From positions 22 to 64,021 of the forward strand of contig CAIYJU010000196.1 of NCBI GenBank assembly GCA_903926565.1: a DNA stretch of 64,000 nucleotides. The letters are read 5' to 3'. Below, piece after piece: positions 47,523 through 56,789 of this stretch. Source of the stretch: an uncultured Bacteroidales bacterium. Lineage in GTDB: Bacteria; Bacteroidota; Bacteroidia; Bacteroidales; FEN-979. The translations under genes were made by a program, and so were the position numbers. Within the stretch, counting starts at the first letter, position 1, and each line of letters begins with the position of its first letter. The notes under the pieces were generated by a model. That model made no database searches. It was not told where the DNA came from and saw nothing but the letters and a program-made list of their open reading frames with translations.

Positions 47523-48269
47523 CTATTTTGCCTTATACATTGGAAGTGAAACAAGGCCCTTTTTCTGAAGGAAATAACCAAATGATGTTGCGAGCACACC
47601 GAGTCCGTATTTGATGCTTCGCTTCAGATTGATTGAGGATGCTTCCTCGAAATATTTCGTTGGACAGGTAATTTCAGCGATTTCAAATCCTGAAAAGAAT
47701 ATCTGTGCAAGCATCTGGTTGTCAAAAACAAAGTCATCGGAATTTGATTCATAGTTAACTTTTTCAAGAACTTCGCGGGAGAATGCGCGGTAACCTGAGT
47801 GGTATTCGGAGAGTTTTTGATTGATCAGCAAATTCTGAATCCAGGTCAGGAACCTGTTGGAAATATATTTGTACATGGGCATGCCTCCTTTAAGGGCCCC
47901 TTTCCCGAGAATTCGTGAAGCGATCACAGCAGGATAGAGACCGCTTGCGATCATGTAGGCCATGGAAGGGATTAATTTTGGCGTGTATTGATAATCAGGA
48001 TGCAGCATGATAACAATGTCGCCTCCCAACTCAAGTGCCGTGTTGTAACAGGTTTTCTGGTTTCCTCCATATCCCTTGTTTTTATCATGGCGGATGAGGT
48101 GTTTAACATTCAGGGAACTTGCTACTTCAATAGTATTATCTGTACTTGCATCATCCACTACCACATATTCGTCAACAAGGTCGAATGGGATTTCTGCAAT
48201 GGTTTGAGCGATTGTTTTTCCGGCATTGTAAGCGGGAAGCACGACAATGATTTTTTTTCCTAATAACAT
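47523..48269 (-). CDS. GT2 polyprenol-phosphate glycosyl (DPM1-like) synthase
   Basis: VVLPAYNA, VVDDASTDNT, NKGYGGNQKTCY, MLHPDYQY, SEYHSGYRAF. First gene of an operon with two TMTC-like genes. Confidence 0.87.
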   Translation of the reverse strand: MLLGKKIIVVLPAYNAGKTIAQTIAEIPFDLVDEYVVVDDASTDNTIEVASSLNVKHLIRHDKNKGYGGNQKTCYNTALELGGDIVIMLHPDYQYTPKLIPSMAYMIASGLYPAVIASRILGKGALKGGMPMYKYISNRFLTWIQNLLINQKLSEYHSGYRAFSREVLEKVNYESNSDDFVFDNQMLAQIFFSGFEIAEITCPTKYFEEASSINLKRSIKYGLGVLATSFGYFLQKKGLVSLPMYKAK

Positions 48270-48280
48270 GGGGAGGTGCT

Positions 48281-48322
48281 TATGAATAACGAATATTGAA
48301 TAACGAATATTGAATTATGAAT
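48281..48322 (+). repeat. Six tandem heptamers NNNGAAT
   Basis: tatgaat-aacgaat-attgaat-aacgaat-attgaat-tatgaat. Confidence 0.85.
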
Positions 48323-48422
48323 TATCTCGGACATGAATGATTGTTTGTTAAACAGCTGACATGGAATAGGGTGAAAATGAATATGTTCAAGTCCACCCTA
48401 TCCCCTGATAATTTGCATTTTG

Positions 48423-48793
48423 TGGAGCTGGAGGGATTCGAACCCTCGTCCAAACAAGTAGCAAAATTGCTTTCTACATGCTTAGCCTCTGGTTAATTGT
48501 CGGGAACCGGCCGGTCAGTGGCAAACCTACCTGATCCTTAGTCCCTGTTATTTCACCTGGTCATCGGAACAATAACCTTGCTATCTCAACATTTGCGATG
48601 CCTCATCCGGAACACCGTTGAGATTGGTTTCCCGGGAGACAAGACGCGCCTAATTTCTAAAATTAAGCAGCAAGTCTGAAAGAATAATTGTCGCCAGTTA
48701 ATGGCTGTGTGAACTGACTTTTTACGAGGCCTGAACACGAACACTCGGCATGCTTACAAATCCACTTCCCTGCTGTCAAAACCAGTCAGCCCC
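48423..48793 (-). ncRNA. ssrA: tmRNA; tag peptide (A)GDNYSFRLAA at 48695-48663
   Basis: 5' end GGGGCTGACTGGTTTTGACAG; 3' T-arm GAGGGTTCGAATCCCTCCAGCTCCA; Ala acceptor stem with G3-U; resume codon GGC and LAA-stop; TATCTTTG box at 48805-48812. Confidence 0.95.
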
Positions 48794-48816
48794 GAAAATG
48801 GCTACAAAGATACGAA

Positions 48817-48858
48817 AAGGAATTACGAATTGCGATTTTTGAATTGCGAATCGCAATT
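48817..48858 (+). repeat. Heptamer run ending in a short palindrome
   Basis: aaggaat-tacgaat-tgcgatt-tttgaat-tgcgaat, overlapping the palindrome aattgcga-a-tcgcaatt. Confidence 0.65.
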
Positions 48859-48874
48859 TTGACGCCATTGGCAA

Positions 48875-49867
48875 CTATGCTTCCGGAAAATCGAGAATTG
48901 TATTCACAAACAGGGAGATATCATATGGCGATTGGAAGATATGGTAAAGTTCTGCCATGATGGGGAAATTGTCTTCAACACGCATTGTTTTCGAAAGATG
49001 CTCATAAAAAACAATTACCGCTGTTTTCCCTTCAAGCACGAGTTCATGGGAAACATGTTCGGTGAAAAATCCTTTGCCGATCAGAAGTCCAAGCGTTCTG
49101 TTGCGGCTGAGATCGTTCAGCGCAGTAAGGGTAAAGTCACCATAACCGCAATAGTTGAACAGGGTATCAACCCTTCCTCCGCACGACATCAGTACTTTTC
49201 GCATTTCCTGAAATGCTTTGGTCAGAACAAGAAACCGCAGATTTGGAGAGTTGAATTGTGCGTCAACGATGCCCAGTGCAACTGCATAGATGTTTTTCAG
49301 AATGCTGAGAATCTCCACACCCCTGACATCAGTTGATGAATCAAAGTGAATATTTGTATCCTTAAAAATTCGCCTGATGAACGGAAGGTGATCGGGGTTT
49401 TCTGAACCAAGCGTGAACCCTGTGGGGAGGCGGTTGATGATCTCACGGGCAAAACTGGGGCCTTTCATGGTGCACACCGGATTGGAGAATTCGTCCTGCA
49501 AACATTGAAGGATTGTTCTGTCGCCATAGCCGAATCCCTTCGCCAGGTTGATCAAAATTGCCTCTTCAGGCAGGTGTTTTTGTATTTTTTTCAGGTATTC
49601 AATCATTACAACTGAAGGAATTGCCAGGAAGATGATTTTACAATTTTCGAGCATATGCTCTTCCATGGTGGCATGCAGGCCGGGATGCAGGTGCAGCGTC
49701 GGGAAATATTTGGTGTTGATGTGTGTCCGGTTTATATCTTCCACAACCTGGTGTTCGATCGAGTGGAGCAGGATGTTTTCTTTACCTGCCTCGGCAAGAA
49801 TGTTGCCCAGGGCAGTTCCCATGGTTCCGGCGCCGATGATTGCGATTTTATATTGTTGATTTTCCAT
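48875..49867 (-). CDS. gpsA: NAD(P)H-dependent glycerol-3-phosphate dehydrogenase
   Basis: IAIIGAGTMGTALG, INLAKG, KGPSFARE, LKNIYAVALG, GDFTLTA, SRNRTLG. Confidence 0.92.
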   Translation of the reverse strand: MENQQYKIAIIGAGTMGTALGNILAEAGKENILLHSIEHQVVEDINRTHINTKYFPTLHLHPGLHATMEEHMLENCKIIFLAIPSVVMIEYLKKIQKHLPEEAILINLAKGFGYGDRTILQCLQDEFSNPVCTMKGPSFAREIINRLPTGFTLGSENPDHLPFIRRIFKDTNIHFDSSTDVRGVEILSILKNIYAVALGIVDAQFNSPNLRFLVLTKAFQEMRKVLMSCGGRVDTLFNYCGYGDFTLTALNDLSRNRTLGLLIGKGFFTEHVSHELVLEGKTAVIVFYEHLSKTMRVEDNFPIMAELYHIFQSPYDISLFVNTILDFPEA

Positions 49868-49870
49868 AAG

Positions 49871-52213
49871 TTATTTTTCTTGTTGGGTGGAAAAGAGAAT
49901 CCTGAAACAAGCGCCGCCATTGTTTGAAACTTCGAGGACTGCTTCTGTTTGTTCCACTAAAATTCCTACAATCTGAGAGCCCATTGATTTTGTTGCACTG
50001 CTTGAAAAATCCGAAGGGAGCCCTACCCCGTTGTCACAAATAGAGATACAGAATTTTTCCGCGGTTTCAGGATGAAGTCCAACCTTTATTGTACCCTTTT
50101 GATTATCAGGGAATGCATATTTGTAGGCATTTGTTATCAGCTCATTAACAATAAGACCCAATGGCAATGCCATTTCGATGGCAATACTGCATGGATGAAA
50201 GTCGGTATGCAGTTCAATGTGGTTGTTTTTGAAGGAACGTGAAATTATCAGGGTGAGATGATGCAGATAGTTGTCGAATGGGATGGTGCTGATTTCCTGT
50301 GTCTGGTAAAGTTGTTCGTGAACCAGCGACATTGCCCTGACCCGAAGCTGCAGATCGGTGAGTGAACTGCTTAGTTCGGAATTGACCGACTGGTCAAGCT
50401 GCATGTTCATCAGGCTGATGAGAATGGCGAAATTGTTTTTAACCCTGTTATGTATTTCGTGCAGCAGGTACTCTTTCTGCCTGGAATTTTCTGCAAGTTC
50501 TTCTTCATGTTTCATCCTTCCAGAAATGTCGCGGACAACTTTTATAAGGTTTTTAACCTCATTTGTCACCGGATCCAGTATCGGATTGATGTTGGCTTCA
50601 GCCCAAAAAGTTGAACCATCTTTTCTGAGTACTTTATAGATATACCTCGTTGAGTGCCTTGAACGAAGCATTTCAAGAAGGTGCTGATTGACATTGACAT
50701 GGAACGACGGTTCAATAAGCTCCAGCGGACTGTGCATCTGAAGGATCTCCTGTTGGGTGAATCCATAGAATTTCAGGCATGACGGACTGATATACAATTT
50801 GTTTAAGCCCGCATCCATCAATGAGATGACATCGACTGTGTTTTCTGCAAGGAACCGGTGCAGTTCTTCGCTTCTGCTGAGCCTGACTTCTGCATTGATT
50901 CTTATGTCAATCTCCTGTTTAAGACGTGCATTCAGATCTTTCAGCTCATCCTTTCTTTTCTGGTTCTTACGGGCAAGTGTATCGATAAATAGAATCAGTG
51001 CCAGAATGATCAGGAATGCTACTTCAAAAAGCGGAATCTGAATGCGGCTGTTTCTGATCTGCAGTTCCTGGAACAGAACTTCCTGGTTCAGCAGGTCAAG
51101 TTGCAGTTCACCTGCCCTGATTGTGCGGTTTGCTTCAAGAATTAATATTTCCTGCTGGTTCTGGTCTTTGGTCATTTTTGCCCGGTATTCAGCGCTTTCA
51201 ATAAAATAGTTCAGTGCCTCGGAAAATCTGCCATCCGCTTTTGCGAAGAAAGAGAGTTGCGAATAAATTGCTTCCAGCAGCTGGGAGTCTTTGATGTTTT
51301 TTGCAATTTGAAGCGATTTTTGCATGTAAAAGCTCGCGGAATCTTTCTGACCCAAAAACCAGTATGCCTCTCCTACATTAAGAAAGGAAGAAGAGATCAG
51401 CTTTTCGTGGCCGATTTGTTCACGAATCCGCATTGCTGCCAGATTAAATTGGAGATTGAGTTTTTGATCATTCTGCTCCTGGTATATGTGGGCCAACCGG
51501 GTATAAACAACGCCGATCTCAGCCAGGTTGGGAATCTGCCTGTAAATATCCAGGGCCATCCTGTAGTTATATTCCGCCTTAGACCACATTTCCTTTTGTA
51601 CGAAAGCATCGCCAAGGAGTTTGTAAACACTCCCTTTACTGTTCAGATCCTGTGTTTTTTGAATGTAGAGTAACCGAAGGTAAAGGTTGGTGATGGCATG
51701 ATCGAAATCACCTTTGGCATAAAAACTGGTTGCTTTCCAGGAGAATTCTTCTGCAATTATTTTAGGGTCAGATGATGTTTTTGTCACCCGTGCCAGTATG
51801 TCAAGGTATTTTTCTGCCAGATCAAAATCTTTAATGGCCAGAAAAAAATGAATGATCCTGCTATAGCCGATAACCCGGTATTGGATATCATCAGAGTGCT
51901 CGGCGATATCTACGACTTTAAAATAGCACTCCAGGATATTAATATAATCTTCTTTGGTTCTGAAATATCTGGACAACAAGAGCAAGGCGTTTATCTGACC
52001 TTTTGTGTAATTTACCTGGTTAGCCAACAGGATGGCTTCATTGGCATAGTATCTGGTAAATTCCGGGTAGTATTCCAAAAACAATGTTGCCTGTTCATTG
52101 AGGGAATCGACAATCAGAAAGGCATCTTTCCCTGATTTCCAATCAACGGACTCCGAGGATAACGCAACGGATGCAGAAAACAGAAGGATGAATAATGTGG
52201 CTAAAGTTTTCAT
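49871..52213 (-). CDS. Sensor histidine kinase (periplasmic TPR, TM, PAS, HisKA_2)
   Basis: Signal peptide, TPR-like region, TM, PAS (YISPS...RKDGSTFWAE...VVRDIS), EIHNRVKNN, NELITNAYKYAF, DNGVG. Confidence 0.9.
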   Translation of the reverse strand: MKTLATLFILLFSASVALSSESVDWKSGKDAFLIVDSLNEQATLFLEYYPEFTRYYANEAILLANQVNYTKGQINALLLLSRYFRTKEDYINILECYFKVVDIAEHSDDIQYRVIGYSRIIHFFLAIKDFDLAEKYLDILARVTKTSSDPKIIAEEFSWKATSFYAKGDFDHAITNLYLRLLYIQKTQDLNSKGSVYKLLGDAFVQKEMWSKAEYNYRMALDIYRQIPNLAEIGVVYTRLAHIYQEQNDQKLNLQFNLAAMRIREQIGHEKLISSSFLNVGEAYWFLGQKDSASFYMQKSLQIAKNIKDSQLLEAIYSQLSFFAKADGRFSEALNYFIESAEYRAKMTKDQNQQEILILEANRTIRAGELQLDLLNQEVLFQELQIRNSRIQIPLFEVAFLIILALILFIDTLARKNQKRKDELKDLNARLKQEIDIRINAEVRLSRSEELHRFLAENTVDVISLMDAGLNKLYISPSCLKFYGFTQQEILQMHSPLELIEPSFHVNVNQHLLEMLRSRHSTRYIYKVLRKDGSTFWAEANINPILDPVTNEVKNLIKVVRDISGRMKHEEELAENSRQKEYLLHEIHNRVKNNFAILISLMNMQLDQSVNSELSSSLTDLQLRVRAMSLVHEQLYQTQEISTIPFDNYLHHLTLIISRSFKNNHIELHTDFHPCSIAIEMALPLGLIVNELITNAYKYAFPDNQKGTIKVGLHPETAEKFCISICDNGVGLPSDFSSSATKSMGSQIVGILVEQTEAVLEVSNNGGACFRILFSTQQEK

Positions 52214-52360
52214 GTTCCGGATCCTCCATGAGTGATAAGCATGAGATTGTGGTCGTGCATGGAGGGGGTATGGTTTGTCAAATGAAACTTCATAGCAAAA
52301 ATAGAAAATAATCTTAATTTTGCGGACACTTACGACACATTATTCCGCAGAAGGGACATT

Positions 52361-53110
52361 ATGAAACAATTAATAATTAAAGTGTTGGAGATTGTCCCGG
52401 GCGGGAGATGGTGTATCAGGAACTATATGCACCTGAAAAGGAGCATCCATTTTTCCAAAATGGGCAATACCCGGGATGTTTTTACACACATCTACGATGC
52501 AAATAACTGGGGAAATGAAGAGAGTATTTCCGGACATGGCTCTTCGGCGGAATATACCGAAAATATCAGGAAAGAAATTCCGGGGTTGATTTCGCAACTG
52601 AAAATTGAATCAATTCTTGATGCACCCTGCGGAGACTTTAACTGGTTCAGACTGATTGAACATGGTTCACAATTCACTTATACGGGAGGGGATATCGTTG
52701 TTCCGCTGATCAGGAAAAACAAGGATCTGTATGAAAATGATCACACGAAATTTATTGAACTGGATATCATCCGCGACAAATTACCTGAAGCAGGTTTGTG
52801 GCTTTGCCGTGATTGCCTGTTTCATTTTTCATATGATGATATTTTCACGACCCTGAATAATTTCCTGCAAAGTGATATCAGGTATCTGCTCACGTCTACC
52901 CATTCGCAGTGCAAAGTAAACAGGAATATTACCACAGGCGATTTTCGGTTGATCAACCTTGAATTGCCTCCTTTTAATTTTGGCACACCCAAATTGAAAA
53001 TTGACGACTGGATCGAAGGATACCCGGAGAGGCACCTTGCACTGTGGGACAGGGATGAAATATCAGCCGCCTTGTCTGTTAACAAACACTATCTCAAGAG
53101 GAAAAAGTGA
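52361..53110 (+). CDS. Class I SAM-dependent methyltransferase
   Basis: FTHIY...NWG..ESISGHGS, ILDAPCGDFNW, YTGGDIV, LCRDCLFH. Confidence 0.8.
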   Translation: MKQLIIKVLEIVPGGRWCIRNYMHLKRSIHFSKMGNTRDVFTHIYDANNWGNEESISGHGSSAEYTENIRKEIPGLISQLKIESILDAPCGDFNWFRLIEHGSQFTYTGGDIVVPLIRKNKDLYENDHTKFIELDIIRDKLPEAGLWLCRDCLFHFSYDDIFTTLNNFLQSDIRYLLTSTHSQCKVNRNITTGDFRLINLELPPFNFGTPKLKIDDWIEGYPERHLALWDRDEISAALSVNKHYLKRKK

Positions 53111-53141
53111 TCCAGGGAGTAAGATCAGTTTGGTAAAGTGG

Positions 53142-54212
53142 TCACAATGTATGCTGAATGGACACTGGCTTGTTTTCAATCAGCGAGACCAGTGTTTTTT
53201 CCCGGTTTTCAATGCTGAAATTTTCCAGGATTCGTGATCTTGATTTTTCTGCCCGCACACTTTTGTCCACACACCCCATGGCTTCCCGGATTAGCGATTC
53301 CAGCAGGTCTGTATCCCTGTGTTTCAGTACAAACCCGGCATCACCGATTATCTGCGGGATGAAGTTTACTTCTGACCCGATGGGAATGCACTTGCAGAGC
53401 ATGGCTTCGCATAAGGTACACCCAAAGCCTTCAAAAATGGATAACTGAAAGTGAAACTGGCATTTGCTGTAAGCCTCTTTTAATCCATCTGCGGTTAAAC
53501 GACCAAGGAAATGCACATTGGGGCCTGCTGCCGTATCACCCTGTGGCCTGTCAATCCCTGCCATGTAGAAATTACACTCCGGAAAACGTTTGGCAACAGC
53601 AATGATGAGGTCACCTCCTTTGAGAATGTACTGGCTGGAAGAAAATACCGAAATAAAGGAGTTCTTTTCTTTCTCCGCGGGGCTGGAGCATTTCCAGAAA
53701 TTACCATCCAATCCGTTATAAACGACGGTGTAACTGGTGTTAATGAGTGGGAAAAAGTGTTTGTATCCCTGGTGGTCTGTATGATCTTCAGAATAGTAAT
53801 TGTTTTCGGTTTCCACAAGTGATTTACTGACAGGAAGGAGCATGTCTGCATATTTGAAAGATAATCTGCATATGTTCCGCAGGAGCGGCTTCCTTAGATT
53901 TCCATAGTTCACCTGCGGCAGTGATGCACAGTCAGATCCGTTGAGAATGATATAAACAGGGGTGGAAAATAGTTTTCCAACGATGACAGGTACGATGGAC
54001 CAGTAACCGCCGGATGAGACCAGGAACAATTTGGAGGAGGAGGCATGTTTCACCAGGACAAAGAACTGATGGACCAGTAAAAACGGCACCATCCATTTTT
54101 TTTGCCAATTGTAAGTGTTGATTATTACGCTGTAGTGTTTTGACAGGATCGATATGTCAACTTCAACAAACGAAGACCATGCCGACATAATATAGATCAC
54201 CTTAGGCTTCAT
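53142..54212 (-). CDS. GT4-family glycosyltransferase
   Basis: VVYNGLD, LKGGD, VHFLG, SIFEGFGCTLCEAMLCKC (EX7E motif). Confidence 0.88.
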   Translation of the reverse strand: MKPKVIYIMSAWSSFVEVDISILSKHYSVIINTYNWQKKWMVPFLLVHQFFVLVKHASSSKLFLVSSGGYWSIVPVIVGKLFSTPVYIILNGSDCASLPQVNYGNLRKPLLRNICRLSFKYADMLLPVSKSLVETENNYYSEDHTDHQGYKHFFPLINTSYTVVYNGLDGNFWKCSSPAEKEKNSFISVFSSSQYILKGGDLIIAVAKRFPECNFYMAGIDRPQGDTAAGPNVHFLGRLTADGLKEAYSKCQFHFQLSIFEGFGCTLCEAMLCKCIPIGSEVNFIPQIIGDAGFVLKHRDTDLLESLIREAMGCVDKSVRAEKSRSRILENFSIENREKTLVSLIENKPVSIQHTL

Positions 54213-54275
54213 GTCTTCGTGTTTTTCGCCCGGTTATGGATTTTTATGATCGAATATAATAGTTGATAATCAGTG

Positions 54276-55184
54276 TTATACAATGTACTTTTGAATCAGT
54301 GACAAACGATCGGGATGAACAAAAAAGCAATTTCTCACACCATTGTCAACTGTTCGTTTAATGGTTTCAGTTTTTTGCAACCCACCCGGAACATGGTTGT
54401 AAAATTGGTAACCATGTTTAAGCATGATGGTTTCCAGTTCCGATTCAATCGTGTTGAAAAGGGTTTCACAGATGATGATTGGTTTCATTGTGTCAAGAAC
54501 CATTCCGGCGTTTTCGAGGATCAGGTGCTCTGTGCCTTCCGTGTCCATTTTGATCAGATCTACCTTGTGTTCGGCATGGTCTGCGAAAAAGCAGTCGAGG
54601 GTTGTTGTCGGCACCTTGTTGATGACAAAATTTCTTCCGGTGGTCTGGCTTCCTGCATTGCCTTCTCCGGCTAAATTGTACTGAAGGTAAGCGTATTTTT
54701 TATTGTGAATTTCATAAAATTCAATTTGTCCGTCCCTGAGGTGGGACAGGGCAATCGGTTCGACGCGGATGTTTTTCAGGTTGTTCAGCTGGATATTCTC
54801 ACGCAGGTAGTACAAGGGGCCTATTGCAGGCTCAAAGCTGTAAACCTGTACCCGGGGGTTTTCAACCGAAGCAAGAAGGGAATAATACCCGATATTTGCC
54901 CCGATATCGTAAAAGGTGCTGATGTTTTTGATGAGATCAAGAAACAACTCCGTGTATTCAAAATTTCTATAGCCTTCCCAGAAAACCAGGTGGGTCAGGT
55001 AGTTGGTCTGGTTTGTTTTAATCTTAAGGGTTCCGGTGCCGGTGTTCATACTGATGGTTCCCGATGGTGGTAATTTGACGATTCCCGGCAATATTTTAGA
55101 AACAACCTTGTTTACATTCCTTAATATAAAATTTGGTCCGGCAGAATAAATTACTTGATAAAATAGTTGTTTCATCTCAATCAT
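54276..55184 (-). CDS. FkbM-family methyltransferase
   Basis: FYDIGANIGYYS, YSFEP, VDLIKMDTEGTE. Start probably 55184 or 55175; the ORF extends to 55292. Confidence 0.88.
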   Translation of the reverse strand: MIEMKQLFYQVIYSAGPNFILRNVNKVVSKILPGIVKLPPSGTISMNTGTGTLKIKTNQTNYLTHLVFWEGYRNFEYTELFLDLIKNISTFYDIGANIGYYSLLASVENPRVQVYSFEPAIGPLYYLRENIQLNNLKNIRVEPIALSHLRDGQIEFYEIHNKKYAYLQYNLAGEGNAGSQTTGRNFVINKVPTTTLDCFFADHAEHKVDLIKMDTEGTEHLILENAGMVLDTMKPIIICETLFNTIESELETIMLKHGYQFYNHVPGGLQKTETIKRTVDNGVRNCFFVHPDRLSLIQKYIV

Positions 55185-55314
55185 TTTATGGATATTTGCC
55201 TGAAATATAGATTTTACCGAAAATTTAAAATCTGTAAATCCTGGTTTTCTTTTCAGCATCAAAGATACAAATTTATTGAGTTTCGCGTTCATACGCTAAT
55301 CCTATAACCTTCAA

Positions 55315-56760
55315 ATGATTTCCCGCAGTTTCTTTAAATCATCCTTAATTTATTCACTGGTAGGAGCACTCCCTTATGCCTCGGGGTTCCTTTTACTGCC
55401 CTGGTTTACAATGTATCTTACGCCTCAGCAGTTTGGTATTAATGCCATGTATATTGCGCTGATGTACCTGATCCAGATTATCTCCTCGTATGGACTGGAC
55501 ATGTCGACAGGGGTGTTGTATTTTGATTACAAAGATGATAAACAAAAAATCCGTGAATTTTTAGGTACCGTTTTCATCGGGTTGACCATGTTGGGTTTGC
55601 TGACTTTCATGGTTTTTTTACTGGGAGGCCCGAGAATTTTCAATTTTGTATTTAAAAGCAGTGATTTCATTGAACTTTTCCCTTTCGGATTGTTTACGAT
55701 TATCTCGGGAGTATTCAACAGTATCTTTAAAACCTATTCGGGCCTGTTGATTTACCAGCAGCGGCCCGTTCGTTTTTTCTGGCTTAACATTTCCAATTTT
55801 GCGCTTACAATAGGCGGTTCACTTATCATCCTCTATTTTTTTCCGTTTACCATGTATGGCCCGATTCTGGGGAGGCTGATCCCGGCAGTTGTAGTCGCGT
55901 CATCATCTCTGTTTATGGTTGGCCGTGAATATGGATTGACCTGGAATCCTGCCTATCTGAAGAAAATCATCGCCTATTGTTCGCCGATCATCCTCTATTC
56001 ACTTCTTACGTGGGTCGTGACTTACGTGGATCGTTTTCTGATTGCACGCCTGATGGGCGATACAACTTATGTCGGCATATACGATATTGCTGTGAAACTG
56101 GTTATCGGCCTCGACCTGGTTATGACCGGGCTTGTGAATACGATTAATCCGAAAATCTACAACATCTGGAAGGATAAAAACCTGAAGGAGAGCACAATTG
56201 AAATAAACCGGTATTACAATGGCATCACTGCGCTGTTTCTCCTGGTGATACCATTGTTTGTGATTGTGATGCCGGTACTCATCCCTTTGGTAATTTCCAA
56301 GCCAATATATTACCAGGCTTTTGGATTCCTTGCAATCCTTGCCGCAGGATATGCAACCCGGGTCTGGTTCTATATGTTTCTGGCTCCTTTGATGTATTTC
56401 AAGCGCACAGCTGCATTGCCACGCGTTTTTATCATCAGCGCCATTTTCAATGTAGTTGTTGGCATCACCCTGATACACTTCTTTGGAATTATTGGTGCTG
56501 TATGGACCAACTTTATGGTTAAGCCTGTACAGGCGCTTCTGATGTATTTTGAATGCAGGAAGGTATATACATTCAAAATTAATGCATGGAAAATTTTCTA
56601 TACTCCGATCATTTTTATCCTGATTGTCATCATTTCCGAGACGCTGGCGCCGGCCGCCATGAAATTTAAGGTAGAAGTAGGACAATTCATCGTGGCTGTG
56701 ATACTGGTATACTTTTCCTACCGGAAGGAGCTGATTCCGCTCATGAAGAAATATTTCTGA
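55315..56760 (+). CDS. Wzx-like oligosaccharide flippase
   Basis: About 12-14 TM helices; FLLLPWFTMYLTPQQFG, DRFLI, VGIYDIAVKL. Confidence 0.85.
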   Translation: MISRSFFKSSLIYSLVGALPYASGFLLLPWFTMYLTPQQFGINAMYIALMYLIQIISSYGLDMSTGVLYFDYKDDKQKIREFLGTVFIGLTMLGLLTFMVFLLGGPRIFNFVFKSSDFIELFPFGLFTIISGVFNSIFKTYSGLLIYQQRPVRFFWLNISNFALTIGGSLIILYFFPFTMYGPILGRLIPAVVVASSSLFMVGREYGLTWNPAYLKKIIAYCSPIILYSLLTWVVTYVDRFLIARLMGDTTYVGIYDIAVKLVIGLDLVMTGLVNTINPKIYNIWKDKNLKESTIEINRYYNGITALFLLVIPLFVIVMPVLIPLVISKPIYYQAFGFLAILAAGYATRVWFYMFLAPLMYFKRTAALPRVFIISAIFNVVVGITLIHFFGIIGAVWTNFMVKPVQALLMYFECRKVYTFKINAWKIFYTPIIFILIVIISETLAPAAMKFKVEVGQFIVAVILVYFSYRKELIPLMKKYF

Positions 56761-56789
56761 CAGATGCCTGGTGAATTACCACGGCTCTT

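Noticed and set aside
9853-48423. Genomic island integrated at the tmRNA 3' end
   Set aside because: No integrase or transposase, and I found no duplicated ssrA 3' end (att site) in the window by eye.
55999-56685. 228-aa antisense ORF, and similar shadow ORFs such as 7013-7579, 60878-61402 and those inside the adhesin gene
   Set aside because: They lie within well-supported genes (opposite strand or alternative frame) and show no recognisable motifs.
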